Assembly (NCBI RefSeq): GCF_964355755.1
Contig: NC_092674.1
Coordinates: 14,880,001 to 14,944,000, forward strand
Length of the DNA stretch: 64,000 bases
Direction of reading: 5' to 3'
Source of the DNA: Antedon mediterranea
Taxonomy: Eukaryota > Animalia > Echinodermata
Position numbers and translations under genes: made by a program. Shown in pieces: positions 37,775 to 49,207 of this stretch. How positions within the stretch are numbered: position 1 is the stretch's first letter; every line of letters starts with the position of its first letter. The notes below the pieces were generated by a model. The model had not been told where the DNA came from, ran no database searches, and saw only the letters and a list, made by a program, of their open reading frames with translations.

Positions 37775-39479
37775 GATTCTAGAGGAAAAGAATATTTTAT
37801 CGGTCAAAAGGTAAGGCCCGTATATATACCGATAAGTATCATTAATAGTCGTACGCCAACGTAACTATGACGTTTATGCGCACACTATGATTAAGTTATA
37901 ATATTAACATTATTGATGTTATAGATTGAACTTCTCAACTCTCGGTTGCTAAATATTAGAACACCGAAATTTGTTGTTCGTCACCAGCGTGGTATAAATG
38001 AAGGCCAGCATTGGAAAGGTAGGTCAAAGGATTCAATATATATATTTTTATTTTTTTTTACTTTAACGTTTTTTTTTAGGTTTTCGCTTTTTTTTTGTAT
38101 CTCCATTGAGATCCAGCCACTGATACCCACATCATTTGTTTGGAATGCCGTGAATGGCTCATTCATTTTTCGGTGCCTGTCCTGAGTGGTATTTTAAACC
38201 AAGAAGCATACGTACACTACTGCCTATTAGTTTAAGCAATTAGTATCCTTGCAAAAGAAGAAATTACTCGAGCAGACCTGGAGTATGCTGACCAATTATT
38301 ATTAACTGGTTTTTGTAGGATTTTTCTGACAATTTATGGTAAGCTTATTTTTAAACTATGTTTGAGCAAAGATCAATCAAAGATATACTTTAATAGAGAT
38401 ATATCTTTATTATCTTGGAGTCAGGATTAAAACGTAGGCTATGAATTGAAATATAGGCTAACTCAGGCGCCGTGTAAACCAAAACACTATATAATTACGC
38501 TGTACTTTTTTTTAAGGTCGCACAAAACAGACGATGAACATCCACCAACTCAGACACTTGGTCAATGCATGTAGGCTCTTCGGTCCACTTTTCGCATTTT
38601 CATGTTTTGGTTTCGAGTCCATGAATTCTTTTGTCAAGAACATGGTTCATGGCTCGAGTTTCGTCAATGAGCAGGTACGTCTTATAATTATTGATAACTT
38701 TCTCATAAGCGTTCGTTTCATCATGAATTCAATAAGCATGTTTTTATGTTTTTAAAGATCACATTTGCTGTCGGAATGACAAAGGCCTTGCCTGCGTTAA
38801 TTCAGAAAATAAGGGTGAACTCACCACAGAAATTGGAGCAACTGTTAAATAAACTAACAGTGAAATACATGCGGTAAGTTCGATTCTTTTACTACGCATG
38901 GAACATTCATGGCAATTTTTTAAACGCTTAAAATTGCCTGAAAGGTACTCTAATTTCATCGAAAATAAATTTTGACAATTTTGAAAATTTTAAGCGCGCG
39001 TACGCAAGCGTTATATGCGCTACGCACCTAATTGTATTGCCAAATGATGAAATATGACCTAACATTTATGAGTACCAAATTTTGTTTAATTGTGATTCAT
39101 GCTTGTGAAGATATGATTACAAACGTGACTTCGTTAAATTTTATTTTTAATTGCGCATCGTGAAAACATAACCACATCCTGGCCATAAGGAATATACTCT
39201 GAAAAATTGACTTAGCTAGATGAAACTGATATCAAGATAATTGACGGACAAAATATTGCTAAGGAAAGAATAACTAAATAAATAAATAAAGATTGTGACA
39301 GAATCAAGAGGTTATATGCATGATAATTAGGCCTAGCTAGGGGTGGCCCAGTATTATTGTGTAGTGGATCTAATTTGATGGTACGTCCATCTTGGGGGGA
39401 AAAAACATTTGCATTTTATTCAATGTGGTAATGCATGCAAACTTTGGCAAGTAGCCTCAGGCAAGGACAGAATGGACCA

Positions 39480-40215
39480 ACCTGATGCTTTATGTTGTTA
39501 CTAAACGAAGGAGAATTCTGCGATTACATGTAACAATTACACAAACTGCACGATCCGGCCATGTCCTTCCTAAAATCTGCATTATTTGTAAAGCAAATAA
39601 ATACATTTCTTGTCGTGGAAAGCGATCAATTGAAAGGTGCGAACTAATAGATGGTGGCAAACTGATAACAGTTGCCCGAATGAAAAATGATGACAACATA
39701 CTGACACATATTGAAAACCATGATTGTGTGGCAATAGAAGCTTCCTACCATGCTACATGTTATAAAAGTTACATAAGATTCATGTCAAAATCGCTTGTAG
39801 AAGATAAAACTACTATCCTACTGTCTTAGACCAAACAAACAAAGCCAAATTATTACATCGTATTGAATCTATGCCTAAAATTTCACCACACGTTGACATA
39901 TACAACAAGTAAGTATATTTTACCCAAGTATCAGCATAAAAGAGCAGCCACTGGCTCACAAAAAATTAAAATATCAAAAGCCGAACAGCAAATTCCAAAA
40001 CAGTGGAAACAATTTTTATCTGATAGCTTCAACAAGGAACAGCTAATCAAGTTCTTCTTTCAGATATGGAGCATGTGTGAAGCAGATCACCTCAAAGGAA
40101 TAAATGTATTCATAACTCATGGTACATTATGCCATTCTATTTCAGAATCAAATGGAAAAGTTCTAATTAATTCTATTGAGGCATTACACTCTAATCAAGA
40201 AGAGGAAGACTTTTT
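39480..40215 (+). pseudogene. Academ-like transposase fragments
   Basis: CIIC...DCVAIEASYHATCYKSY, then PKQWKQFLSDSFNKEQLIKFF...LHSNQEEED (XPG/PIN-like N-half). Confidence 0.6.
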
Positions 40216-41479
40216 TTGGTGGATTTATAGACCCCAAATGACACAAATCAGTTAAGAAACACAAATTTTTTTTTCCCAGATTGGCCCTTTTTAGACTTAA
40301 AATAGGGATACTATAGAATTAATTTCCGGGTTCACTGTGATTCAACGGGTTCACATTGCAACTTCCTGGTTTTAACTAAGTTAGCCGTTGGTGGCGATAG
40401 CTATCTTAGTTTTTTGTTTATTGTCGGACCACGCAGTAGCAAAAATAAAAATTATACTGCAAATTAATAAAGATCAAATAATTTCAATTAAATATACGCC
40501 ATAAAGCAGGGGAATAGTATATAAAATTACATAGGGAGAACTGATAAGACCTTTGTTTGAAATCGAGTGAAACCCCGATACGCGTGTTATTGAGTAAGCT
40601 GGCAGGACAGTACACAATTTGGTTGCTGGATGGAACAAAATATCGCGCGTCTTGACCCAATTTTGAATGATTCGTACAAAGGGACACTACCCAAGTGCAT
40701 ACATATTGTTTAGTAGTCTGACAGACAGGTTAATGGAACGTCGCAGTTTTCTTGGCGCTGAAGCTACGAAGTGAACGCGAACGATTTTTACTGTATATTA
40801 TAGTCCCCGACAAAAATTACCCACGTTCCCCTACAGGGGACTAGGTTCCCCGGCGAGGGGGCTAGAGCCACCACCATATCCCCAGACCACCACCCGCTGG
40901 CGCCACCACTGAATTTGACAATCAATTCCTAGGCCTGGAGTTTAGGCCAGCATATTAGGCACACTCTAAATGTGTAGTTACGCAGACCGTTCGGCAAGAG
41001 AGGTGTACATTCGGGCGGTTTATTCAATTTTTTTACCATCACCTTTTTACCAAACCTAAACCTATTTAATTATATAATATTGATTTATCACATAGTAAAT
41101 ATAGTATTACTTTGTACTTAAAACTTCTGTATATATAGTCGGTGATATAAAATTTTATATTTCACCCTAAATCATAGGTAGAATGATTACTTTAACATGT
41201 ATGAATATGCTAATCAAAATTTTTATGTAGGATATTTACATTCGCCTGGTTTCTACAATCATTGTTTATACAGTGTCATCTGCTAACACTCTCCTCCGTC
41301 TGGATCCTGGATTTAAAAGTTCACAGAGAAGATTACATTCTTGAAAACAACATAGAATACCTTCCAACAATCAATAACAAACAGCAAACAGATATGTCAA
41401 CCATGTATCAGATCAGAACCCATTCGATCATTCATGAAGTTGCCAAAAGCATTGTAGATGTGTTTGAACAGGCTTAATT

Positions 41480-42680
41480 TGTTGGGAATTATTGGTAAAT
41501 GATTTGGGTAGGCTTAAGAGAAATGGGTATTGAAGCAGTTGAACTTGGATCGATGTCTGGAGTTTTAGAAGGAAAGAGATACAACAGAGCGGTGAGAATG
41601 AATTAATTGGTGTATGAGGCTATGAGTTGCATTGCATGAGACATTTGTATTAAAAGAGTGAAAGAAACTGAGGAGTGTTTCAAGAAACTCATAGAAACTT
41701 ATCTAATGATAAGGGAAGGCAACTGAAACCTGCATCTAGTTTCCATCAAAGCAATGATCCGTTGCTGTTTTGCATACGATCACCAAAATTATGCTATATA
41801 CTTATCTGTGTATTATCAAGACATGACACTTCTTCCTATTGAACATGCTGAAATTGATGAATATATGAAGAATGGTGGGTTCAGTGTTCAGATGTCCATG
41901 ACCTGTACCTTTGGCAGAATTCCAGTCAAACAGACTGTTGCGGAAACCGTCAACAAGGACACACAACATCAGGTGGGACAAGAAGTTTCAGCTTGAAGCC
42001 TATGGCTATTGAAAAAATTATATTACAGCTTAATACCTAGCTGAAAATCCTTTGCAACATTAGGGAGATGGTTTCATAAAATTCACTTGCATTTGCCAAG
42101 GATCGAGAAAGATGACCGATGTGTACAATCTATTGCAGAGCTTGTGTCATGTAGTTGGATCAACCCTTTTCAACTGGGAGGTGATAAACTGGTATAGTGG
42201 CAACCGAAACCATTAGAAAAGAAAATAGCAGGTGCATTCAATATTGGTCTTAAAGCCTATGAAGCATTTAAAGGTAGACTGTCTAATCCAGATAGTAAAA
42301 AAATCAGAGAAAATAATACGGAGAGACAGAAATTTGCACACATGATCCTCATTGCAGGAAATAGAAAATGGAAGATGTACTTCAGCATCCACTAGGACCA
42401 CTACCCTGGTCCATTGTGACAAGTGATGGTATCATTTGAAAAACCAACAAAGCTGTATTAGGAAAATTGTGGCAAAAATTGAAGCTGCCGAAAATATTCC
42501 ACAACCACACACATCTCTCATTGATAGAATTGCGGTTGTTCAAAAAATGAACTGTGACAACAAAACATTCGCTGAGATAGCAGTAGCAGTTCTTAAGAAA
42601 GATGTTAGAGTGGGAGGAGAAAGTGAGAGTATAGATGTTGTCTTCATATCTACAGAGATTCAATCAAGAACACTGAACGA
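41480..42680 (+). pseudogene. Academ-like transposase core remnant
   Basis: GVLEGKRYNRAVR, IREGN.NLHL, FAYDHQNYA.YL, GGFSVQ...FGRIPV.QT..ETVNKD, LID.IAVVQ, IDVVF. Confidence 0.65.
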
Positions 42681-43335
42681 ACAATTCTTGGACAGTCGGG
42701 CAAAATGCTCATTTAGCTGTTAAAACTCTGTTTTTTAAGTGCGCAGCTCATGCTTACGGTGAATTCCGGTTCGCTGTTTACATTCGCAGCAGATATTTGC
42801 AAGGGAGACCTCATACAAATAAATTACTATGTCCATTTAATACAGCAGATAATATATCCACTCAAAAAAGGTCAGAGATAACAAATTCACAATGGCTTTC
42901 TTCAACTCTTCTTTTGATATGCTATCCTATCCTTGATTTGTGAAATATTTCTTCTAGGTATTCTATGAATTTCCTGAGTGGGAAACCCCAAAACACAGGG
43001 GGGGGGGGGAGCCACAGGGGCATTAATATGCGCTAGCGTATCTCTTCGCGTTAAATCTGTTCATTTTTCAAATGCGCGTACACCACACGCTCCTATTCTA
43101 AAACCTTTATTAAAGCATGTGATGTATCATTCAAAACAATTGCGTTAAAGACCGAACACAAAGAAAAAAAAAAAAAATCATATTTTTTTAGTCTCCTATT
43201 AAATTCTTAAAATTTATATGGAAATTGTCAAGATTTATGTGCCGGTAAAGTGAATCAAATGACCTAAACTGCTCTAAAAGGCAAAAAGCCACAGCATTTT
43301 GGTGGCCCCCCTAAATATGTTCTAGATTCGCCCCT

Positions 43336-43972
43336 GAAACATACTGCATGCATATAATCAATGCTACACCCTTGAACTTGATTGTATGCAAGTACGAAAA
43401 CCAATTTGGACCTTTCACTCCTTTTATTGGATTGATGCCCTGATTGCATCTGCTTTGCAACTGTTCATCGGTCCTTACAAGGCCTTTCGAGTTATTTGTC
43501 ATAAATGGGTACACAGTTTCTGTCTAGAATGTCTCACCAGTTTGCAGACACCCATTTGACCCATTGAATTGTACAGAATTCAAAACTAGTGCCTTTGCAG
43601 GTAAATTTGTTTCATGGTTTTTCACAAGCGCCTTGAGCACTTTTGTGGATATGTGCGCTGTATAAATCTTATTATTATTATTATTATTATTAAATCTGCT
43701 GTCCCAGCTATAAGAAATACATATATAAAAAAGTAGGTTGTAAAAAGCTCCACATACATGGTTTTGAATAGCCAAACCATATTCCCCCAAATAGCATGTT
43801 CTCCCTTCGTATTCGCTCATTATATGGCAGTTCATTGATTATGAAGTATAGTGGCCAAATACTAAATTTTGACGATATAAATATTGGACAACCATCCGTG
43901 TTCCATGTCAAAGACAAATTATAATTTTTCGACAGGGGTCCTCCATTATATATATGTTTAAGTACTGGTAAC
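43336..43972 (-). pseudogene. Second EnSpm/CACTA transposase remnant; continues at 48595-48621 beyond the Gypsy
   Basis: NLSLTWNTDGCPIF.SSKFSIWPLYFIINELP, ALVLN..QFNG.NGC, GVKGP, IDYMHAVC. NIDDIYDGY lies on the far side of the LTR element. Confidence 0.85.
43620..43692 (+). mobile_element. L2/SINE-type 3' tail only
   Basis: AAGCGCCTTGAGC...GCGCTGTATAAAT followed by (TTA)n. Confidence 0.5.
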
Positions 43973-46900
43973 TGTGATGTTGAGTTGTATTTAGGCTATA
44001 GCGCCATCTATAGACGAATGTCAAATAAATAGGTTGTTGGCCTAGCGATGTAAATCGTGTACATGTGCGTATTTATTGTTGTACTAAAACATCATTATAA
44101 AGCCTTCCAGCGTCCAGTGAGAGACGTTCACATGGTGTCAGAAGTGTTAAAGATCTTCATAGAAGACGAACAAGATATTGCTGAAGCTTCGCAAGGCGAA
44201 GTGACGAGATAAGTTGTTTATTTGTATATTCTGGTATCAATTGAATACAGTCAAGTCCTCTGTAACGGTTCGAGCATGGCTCAACGCGGCGGACAACAAC
44301 AACAGCAACAGGCCTCGTCATCGGAGCAGCCTAGAAGGGCAGGAACGGCGTATAAGGCAAACGTACCTGTGCCAAATAAATTAGAGTTACATACGGAGAG
44401 CTCCGAAATAGCTTGGAGAAAATTTAAAAGGCAGTGGGACAATTACGAAATTGCTTCTAGACTTAAAGATGAGTCAAATGCATACAGAGGGGCCGTATTA
44501 TTAGCGTGTATAGGCGAGGATGGTTTTGAGACATATGACGGACTTCACTTTGCAGAACATGAAGACAGACATGACATTGATGTCATACTCAGAAAATTCA
44601 AAGATTACTGCATAGGTGACACAAATGAAATCTACGAAACGTTCAAGTTCAACCAGCGGGCTCAACAGACGGCTGAAGGTATAGATGCCTATGTAACTGC
44701 ACTACGTAAGCTTGCCAAAACATGTAACTTTGTAAATAATGATAGAATGTTACGTGATAGAATAGTTAGTGGTGTCAAGGATGAGAAAATCCGACAGAAA
44801 TTATTAGCACAAAAAAACCTAACATTACAAACCTGTATCGATACATGCAGAGCACATGAGGCATCGCATTCTCAAGCAAGAGCGATGACCAGCCAGGCAT
44901 CAGTGTCGGTGGTGCAGCAGCAAAAGAAGAATAGTGATCCAAAGAAACGGTGTTACAGGTGTGATAGACAGCACAGTAAAAGTGAGATTTGTCCAGCCAA
45001 GTCGGCAAGTTGTCGAAAATGCACAAAAGTGGGACATTTTGCTGTAGTGTGCAGAAGTTCACATCCAAGTACCAGTAGTAAAAATGAAACACCAAAAAAA
45101 TATGGTAGACAAAAGAAAAGCTCACTGCATCTATTACAGGAGGAAGAGCAACCTTCTGTTAATCAACCTCTTGCTGATCAATTCCTTGGGGCTGTGACAC
45201 AAGAGAAGAGTGTGACTGATCCATGGTGCGTTGAAATAGAAATGGAAGACCAGCTAATGAATTTTAAAATAGACACGGGAGCTGATGTAACTGTCATAGA
45301 CACTGCAAACATACCGAAAGGGAAATATCCCCTTTGCAAAGCTGATCGAAAGTTATATGGTCCGGGTAGAAACTTAATCCCAGTACTTGGAAAGTTCACA
45401 GCTAAGTTGAAACTCAAACAACAAAATACTGAGAGTATACAGGAGGTATACGTTGTAGAAAAACTGGAACAATCTTTGCTAGGGAGACCGGCTATTGAAG
45501 CCATGAAGTTAATTTATAAGGTTAATACTGTCAATGTAATATCAGACAAGTACTACAGACAGAATCATCCTAAGTTGTTCAAAGGATTGGGTAAACTGAA
45601 GGATACTTATAAAATCAGGCTGAGTCAAGACGCAAAGCCATTTGCCGTTTGTGCACCAAGAAGGGTACCAATACCACTGCAACAAAAGGTAGAAAAGGAA
45701 CTACATCGATTGCAGAATTTAGACGTCATTAGACCGGTCACAACACCAACAGATTGGTGTGCACCAATTGTGGTAGTTCCAAAGCCAAGAAATGACACAG
45801 TCAGACTTTGTGTTGACCTAACCAAACTAAACGAGAGTGTGAAAAGGGAAAATTACCCTCTGCCGTCAACTGATCAATTGTTAGCCCAGTTGAAGGGTGC
45901 GAAGTTTTTTACCAAGCTCGATTGTAATAGTGGGTTTTACCAGGTCCCATTAGACGCAGAGTCACAAGAGTTGACTACATTTATTACGCCATTCGGGCGT
46001 TTTTGTTTTAAAAGATTACCTTTTGGAATTTCGTCGGGTCCAGAAATTTTTCACCGAATCATGGCACAGATGCTATCAGGGATTCCGGGTGTGATTTGTG
46101 ACATCGACGATGTTTTGATATCAGGTCAAAGTGAACAGGAACATGATGACAGAGTACACAAGGTTCTACTAAAAATGGAATCGGCTGGAATCACGCTGAA
46201 TGAAAAATGTGAATTCAAACTCACGAGTATTAAGTTTTTAGGTCATGTTCTGTCAGCACAGGGAGTACAGATGGATCCTAACAAGGTGGAAGCTATACAA
46301 AAATTCCCAAGACCAACCAATGTCCCAGAACTACGTAGATTAATGGGATTGGTTAATTTTGTTAGGAAATTCTCCCCAGATCTAGCAGATGAAACAAAGC
46401 CGATGCGTGATCTACTTAAGAAAGAGACAAAGTGGATGTGGGACGTGATGCAGGAGCAAGCTTTTACTAAACTGAAAAAGAAGCTGTGCTCACCACCAGT
46501 ACTAGCTCACTATAGTCCACATCTACCTACTAAAGTTTCTGCTGATGCATCATCATATGGACTTGGGGCAGTGTTGCTGCAAGAAACAGAGAGGTGCTGG
46601 CGACCAGTCTTTTATGCTTCGAGATCGATGACCACAACAGAGCAGCGATATGCACAAGTTGAAAAAGAAGCTTTGGCTGCTACTTGGGCTTGTGAAAAAT
46701 TTGCAGATTTCTTAGTTGGCTTACCAACGTTCACTATAGAAACAGATCATCGCCCATTACTTGCACTTTTGAAGACAAAGGCTATTGATGAGCTTACACC
46801 GAGAATCCAAAGATTTCGTATGAGATTAATGAGATATACATATCAGATGAAATACACAGCTGGAAAAGACTTGACTACAGCTGATGCGCTTTCTCGAGCT

Positions 46901-48594
46901 CCAGTGGGACTTCCAGATGAAAGTGAAGTTGAGTTGGCGGAGTCGACAGCTGCATTTGTGCATGAAGTAGTTGATGCATTACCAGCAACAACACAGAAAT
47001 TAAACAAGATTAAAGAGGCACAAATGGCTGATCCCGAATGCACACAGGTGATAAAATTTACCAAGGAGGGATGGCCTAGGCAAGGAAGAATCGACTCCAA
47101 TCTTATTCCGTACTATCAAATCCGAGATGACCTTACAGTATTAGATGGATTGTTAATGTTTGGCACCAGACTTGTAATCCCGGATCCTCTAAGAGGTGAC
47201 ATCTTAAGTCGTATACATGCAGGACATCAAGGGATCGTAAAATGCAGAGCTCTAGCTAAAATATCGGTTTGGTGGCCAGGGATTAGTAAGACAATCCAGA
47301 ATCTAGTAGACAAGTGTACAGTATGTGAAAAAGAAAAACGACAGCGACCAGAACCGTTGCAGCCAAGTAAAGTTCCAGAATACCCATGGCAGCATTTGGC
47401 TATGGATCTTTTTGAGTGGAATGGACGTAATTACTTGCTTGTCGTAGACTATTTTTCTAGATTTATAGAAATTGCATACCTTAAGTCATCCACCTCATCA
47501 GAAACAGTTATTGAACATTTAAAGAGCATATTTGCTAGACATGGAGTGCCAGAAAAGGTTAGATCAGACAATGGCCCTCAATTTTCATCATATATTTTTG
47601 CTCGATTTGCAGACAATTATGGATTTTACCATGAATGTAGCAGTCCATACTTCCCACAAAGTAATGGAGAAGCCGAAAGGGGGGTTCAGACAATCAAGAA
47701 TCAGGATTTAGTCCAGCTGAGATGTTAATGGGAAGGAAAATACGAACAAGACTTCCTATTGTGACCAACAGCTTGACACCAGACTGGCCTCAATTCGACA
47801 AAATGATTGCAACAGACCAATCAAGAAAAGAGAAAATGAAAATGTCATTTGAAAAAAAAGCATAGAGCAAAAGAACTATCAAACTTACCTGTGGGAGAGA
47901 AAGTGTGGATAACACACCCAATGGAACGAAGTGGTACCGTACATCGTAGAGTTGCACCAAGATCATATGAGATCCAAACTTCAACAGGAGTTACAAGGCG
48001 AAATCGAAAACACCTTAGTAGACGGTCAGAGTTGTATCCTCCGAGGATGCATCCAATACGGGAGGGATCGACCTTGCCCCCGGTGGCAGGTCAAAATAAC
48101 AATGATTTTGATTGCTTTACAGATACTGGTACTGAACAGATAGAAGGTCCTCAACTTAACCACAATCAACAATATAAGACTAGAAGTGGGCGACTAATCA
48201 AGCCCCCAGAAAAATTGGATTTGTAAATTATGCAACAATGATTAAACTTAAATTGTTAACTACGAAAAATCAGATGACTTGTTTATAATGCATATAACGG
48301 ATGTATGACGTTAATTGTTGAGTTGGTGTTATAATTTTAAAAGGACAAAAGAAGACGCATGTTTGGTGTTTAAACTTCTATAAGCATATTTATTTAAAAC
48401 CTTGTTGTACAAGTTCCTCCAGAGAAAGGGAGATGTGATGTTGAGTTGTATTTAGGCTATAGCGCCATCTATAGACGAATGTCAAATAAATTAGGTTGTT
48501 GGCCTAGCGATGTAAAACGTGTACATGTGCGTATTTATTGTTGTACTAAAACATCATTATAAAGCCTTCCAGCGTCCAGTGAGAGACGTTCACA
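43973..48594 (+). mobile_element. Full-length Ty3/Gypsy (Mag-like) LTR retrotransposon
   Basis: LTRs 43973-44132 and 48434-48594 (TG..CA; one substitution plus one 1-bp indel). TSD GTAAC. PBS TGGTGTCAGAAGTG at 44133 (tRNA-Leu type). PPT AGAGAAAGGGAGA at 48421-33. Confidence 0.97.
44276..47728 (+). CDS. pol: Gag-Pol polyprotein (gag with two zinc knuckles, protease, RT, RNase H, integrase); integrase C-terminus frameshifted
   Basis: CYRC..H....C and CRKC..GH...C, FKIDTGA, LPFGISS, CDIDD, ADAS.YGLGAVL, H.GHQG..C..C, VDYFS, SDNGPQF, SNGEAER. First ATG at 44276. Remainder (SGFSPAEMLMGRKIRTRLP; ORF 47849-48226) lies in other frames. Confidence 0.93.
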   Translation: MAQRGGQQQQQQASSSEQPRRAGTAYKANVPVPNKLELHTESSEIAWRKFKRQWDNYEIASRLKDESNAYRGAVLLACIGEDGFETYDGLHFAEHEDRHDIDVILRKFKDYCIGDTNEIYETFKFNQRAQQTAEGIDAYVTALRKLAKTCNFVNNDRMLRDRIVSGVKDEKIRQKLLAQKNLTLQTCIDTCRAHEASHSQARAMTSQASVSVVQQQKKNSDPKKRCYRCDRQHSKSEICPAKSASCRKCTKVGHFAVVCRSSHPSTSSKNETPKKYGRQKKSSLHLLQEEEQPSVNQPLADQFLGAVTQEKSVTDPWCVEIEMEDQLMNFKIDTGADVTVIDTANIPKGKYPLCKADRKLYGPGRNLIPVLGKFTAKLKLKQQNTESIQEVYVVEKLEQSLLGRPAIEAMKLIYKVNTVNVISDKYYRQNHPKLFKGLGKLKDTYKIRLSQDAKPFAVCAPRRVPIPLQQKVEKELHRLQNLDVIRPVTTPTDWCAPIVVVPKPRNDTVRLCVDLTKLNESVKRENYPLPSTDQLLAQLKGAKFFTKLDCNSGFYQVPLDAESQELTTFITPFGRFCFKRLPFGISSGPEIFHRIMAQMLSGIPGVICDIDDVLISGQSEQEHDDRVHKVLLKMESAGITLNEKCEFKLTSIKFLGHVLSAQGVQMDPNKVEAIQKFPRPTNVPELRRLMGLVNFVRKFSPDLADETKPMRDLLKKETKWMWDVMQEQAFTKLKKKLCSPPVLAHYSPHLPTKVSADASSYGLGAVLLQETERCWRPVFYASRSMTTTEQRYAQVEKEALAATWACEKFADFLVGLPTFTIETDHRPLLALLKTKAIDELTPRIQRFRMRLMRYTYQMKYTAGKDLTTADALSRAPVGLPDESEVELAESTAAFVHEVVDALPATTQKLNKIKEAQMADPECTQVIKFTKEGWPRQGRIDSNLIPYYQIRDDLTVLDGLLMFGTRLVIPDPLRGDILSRIHAGHQGIVKCRALAKISVWWPGISKTIQNLVDKCTVCEKEKRQRPEPLQPSKVPEYPWQHLAMDLFEWNGRNYLLVVDYFSRFIEIAYLKSSTSSETVIEHLKSIFARHGVPEKVRSDNGPQFSSYIFARFADNYGFYHECSSPYFPQSNGEAERGVQTIKNQDLVQLRC

Positions 48595-48623
48595 GTAACC
48601 ATCATAAATATCATCAATATTAG

Positions 48624-49207
48624 TTTTCACGCTGCTGCTCTAGCCCGCTATGTCCCATTAGGACTACTCAATCAGAAGCTAAAGCAAGCAGCAGTTATAG
48701 TTCTAAGGACAGACAGTTTTGTGAAAATGGAAACTCCACTATGATTTATTGATTCCAACTGCTACAGTAGACCCAAAAAACGGCTGGGAAAGAGTCTATT
48801 AGGACAAATCCCTATATTCACTGTCAGTGTCAGATATTCATTGAATTATTATCGAAACAGTCCATTAAAGTTTGTGTTTGTAATAGGATACTTCACAATT
48901 GAAATATCTAGGGTGATGAAGTGACCCCCAGATTTGACCTTGGCAATAAAATTAACTAAAGTGACAGAAATTGAGTATTCACTTCTGTAACAAAAAAGTA
49001 ATATTTATTCACATATAAAAAATGAAAAGAAACCCAAAAACCATTGTCTGACAGACAATTTAAGTATTTGTTGCTTTAAATTAAATTTTTTCAGGTAAAA
49101 TAACTATCTATTATGTGACAATAAAATGACACATTCAAAAACATTTGAAATAAAAAATATTTTTCAATAAGCGAGCAGCGTTTTTTGTAAGAAATATTTC
49201 TTGTTTA
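48624..49207 (+). mobile_element. Non-autonomous Helentron-like element (HINE), copy 2
   Basis: Near-identical to 1060-1667 with the same termini and unrelated flanks. Confidence 0.65.

Larger units (their letters stand above)
34861..38872 (+). pseudogene. Intron-rich EnSpm/CACTA transposase, disrupted
   Basis: Spliced motifs DICDGSEY, FTLNT/DGVSIF..S...LWPVYVAVNELP, CVDLPARA..NMKQYNGKSGCNIC, GIKGAS, PIDWMHCVLLGITK, HWK, MNIHQLRHL..CR.FGPL...SCFGFESMN. Confidence 0.9.

Noticed and set aside
260-40911. Shared CCCGCTGGCGCCACCACTG at ~302-320 and ~40893-40911 as the two ends of one element
   Set aside because: Both are in the same orientation, so they are two separate right ends of an hAT-like MITE family, not a TIR pair.
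44222-44275. ORF-track N-terminus MYILVSIEYS... of gag-pol
   Set aside because: It starts at TTG under a prokaryotic start rule; the first ATG is at 44276.
44775-47100. Antisense ORFs inside the Gypsy pol
   Set aside because: Shadow ORFs of the long sense frame; no recognisable motifs.
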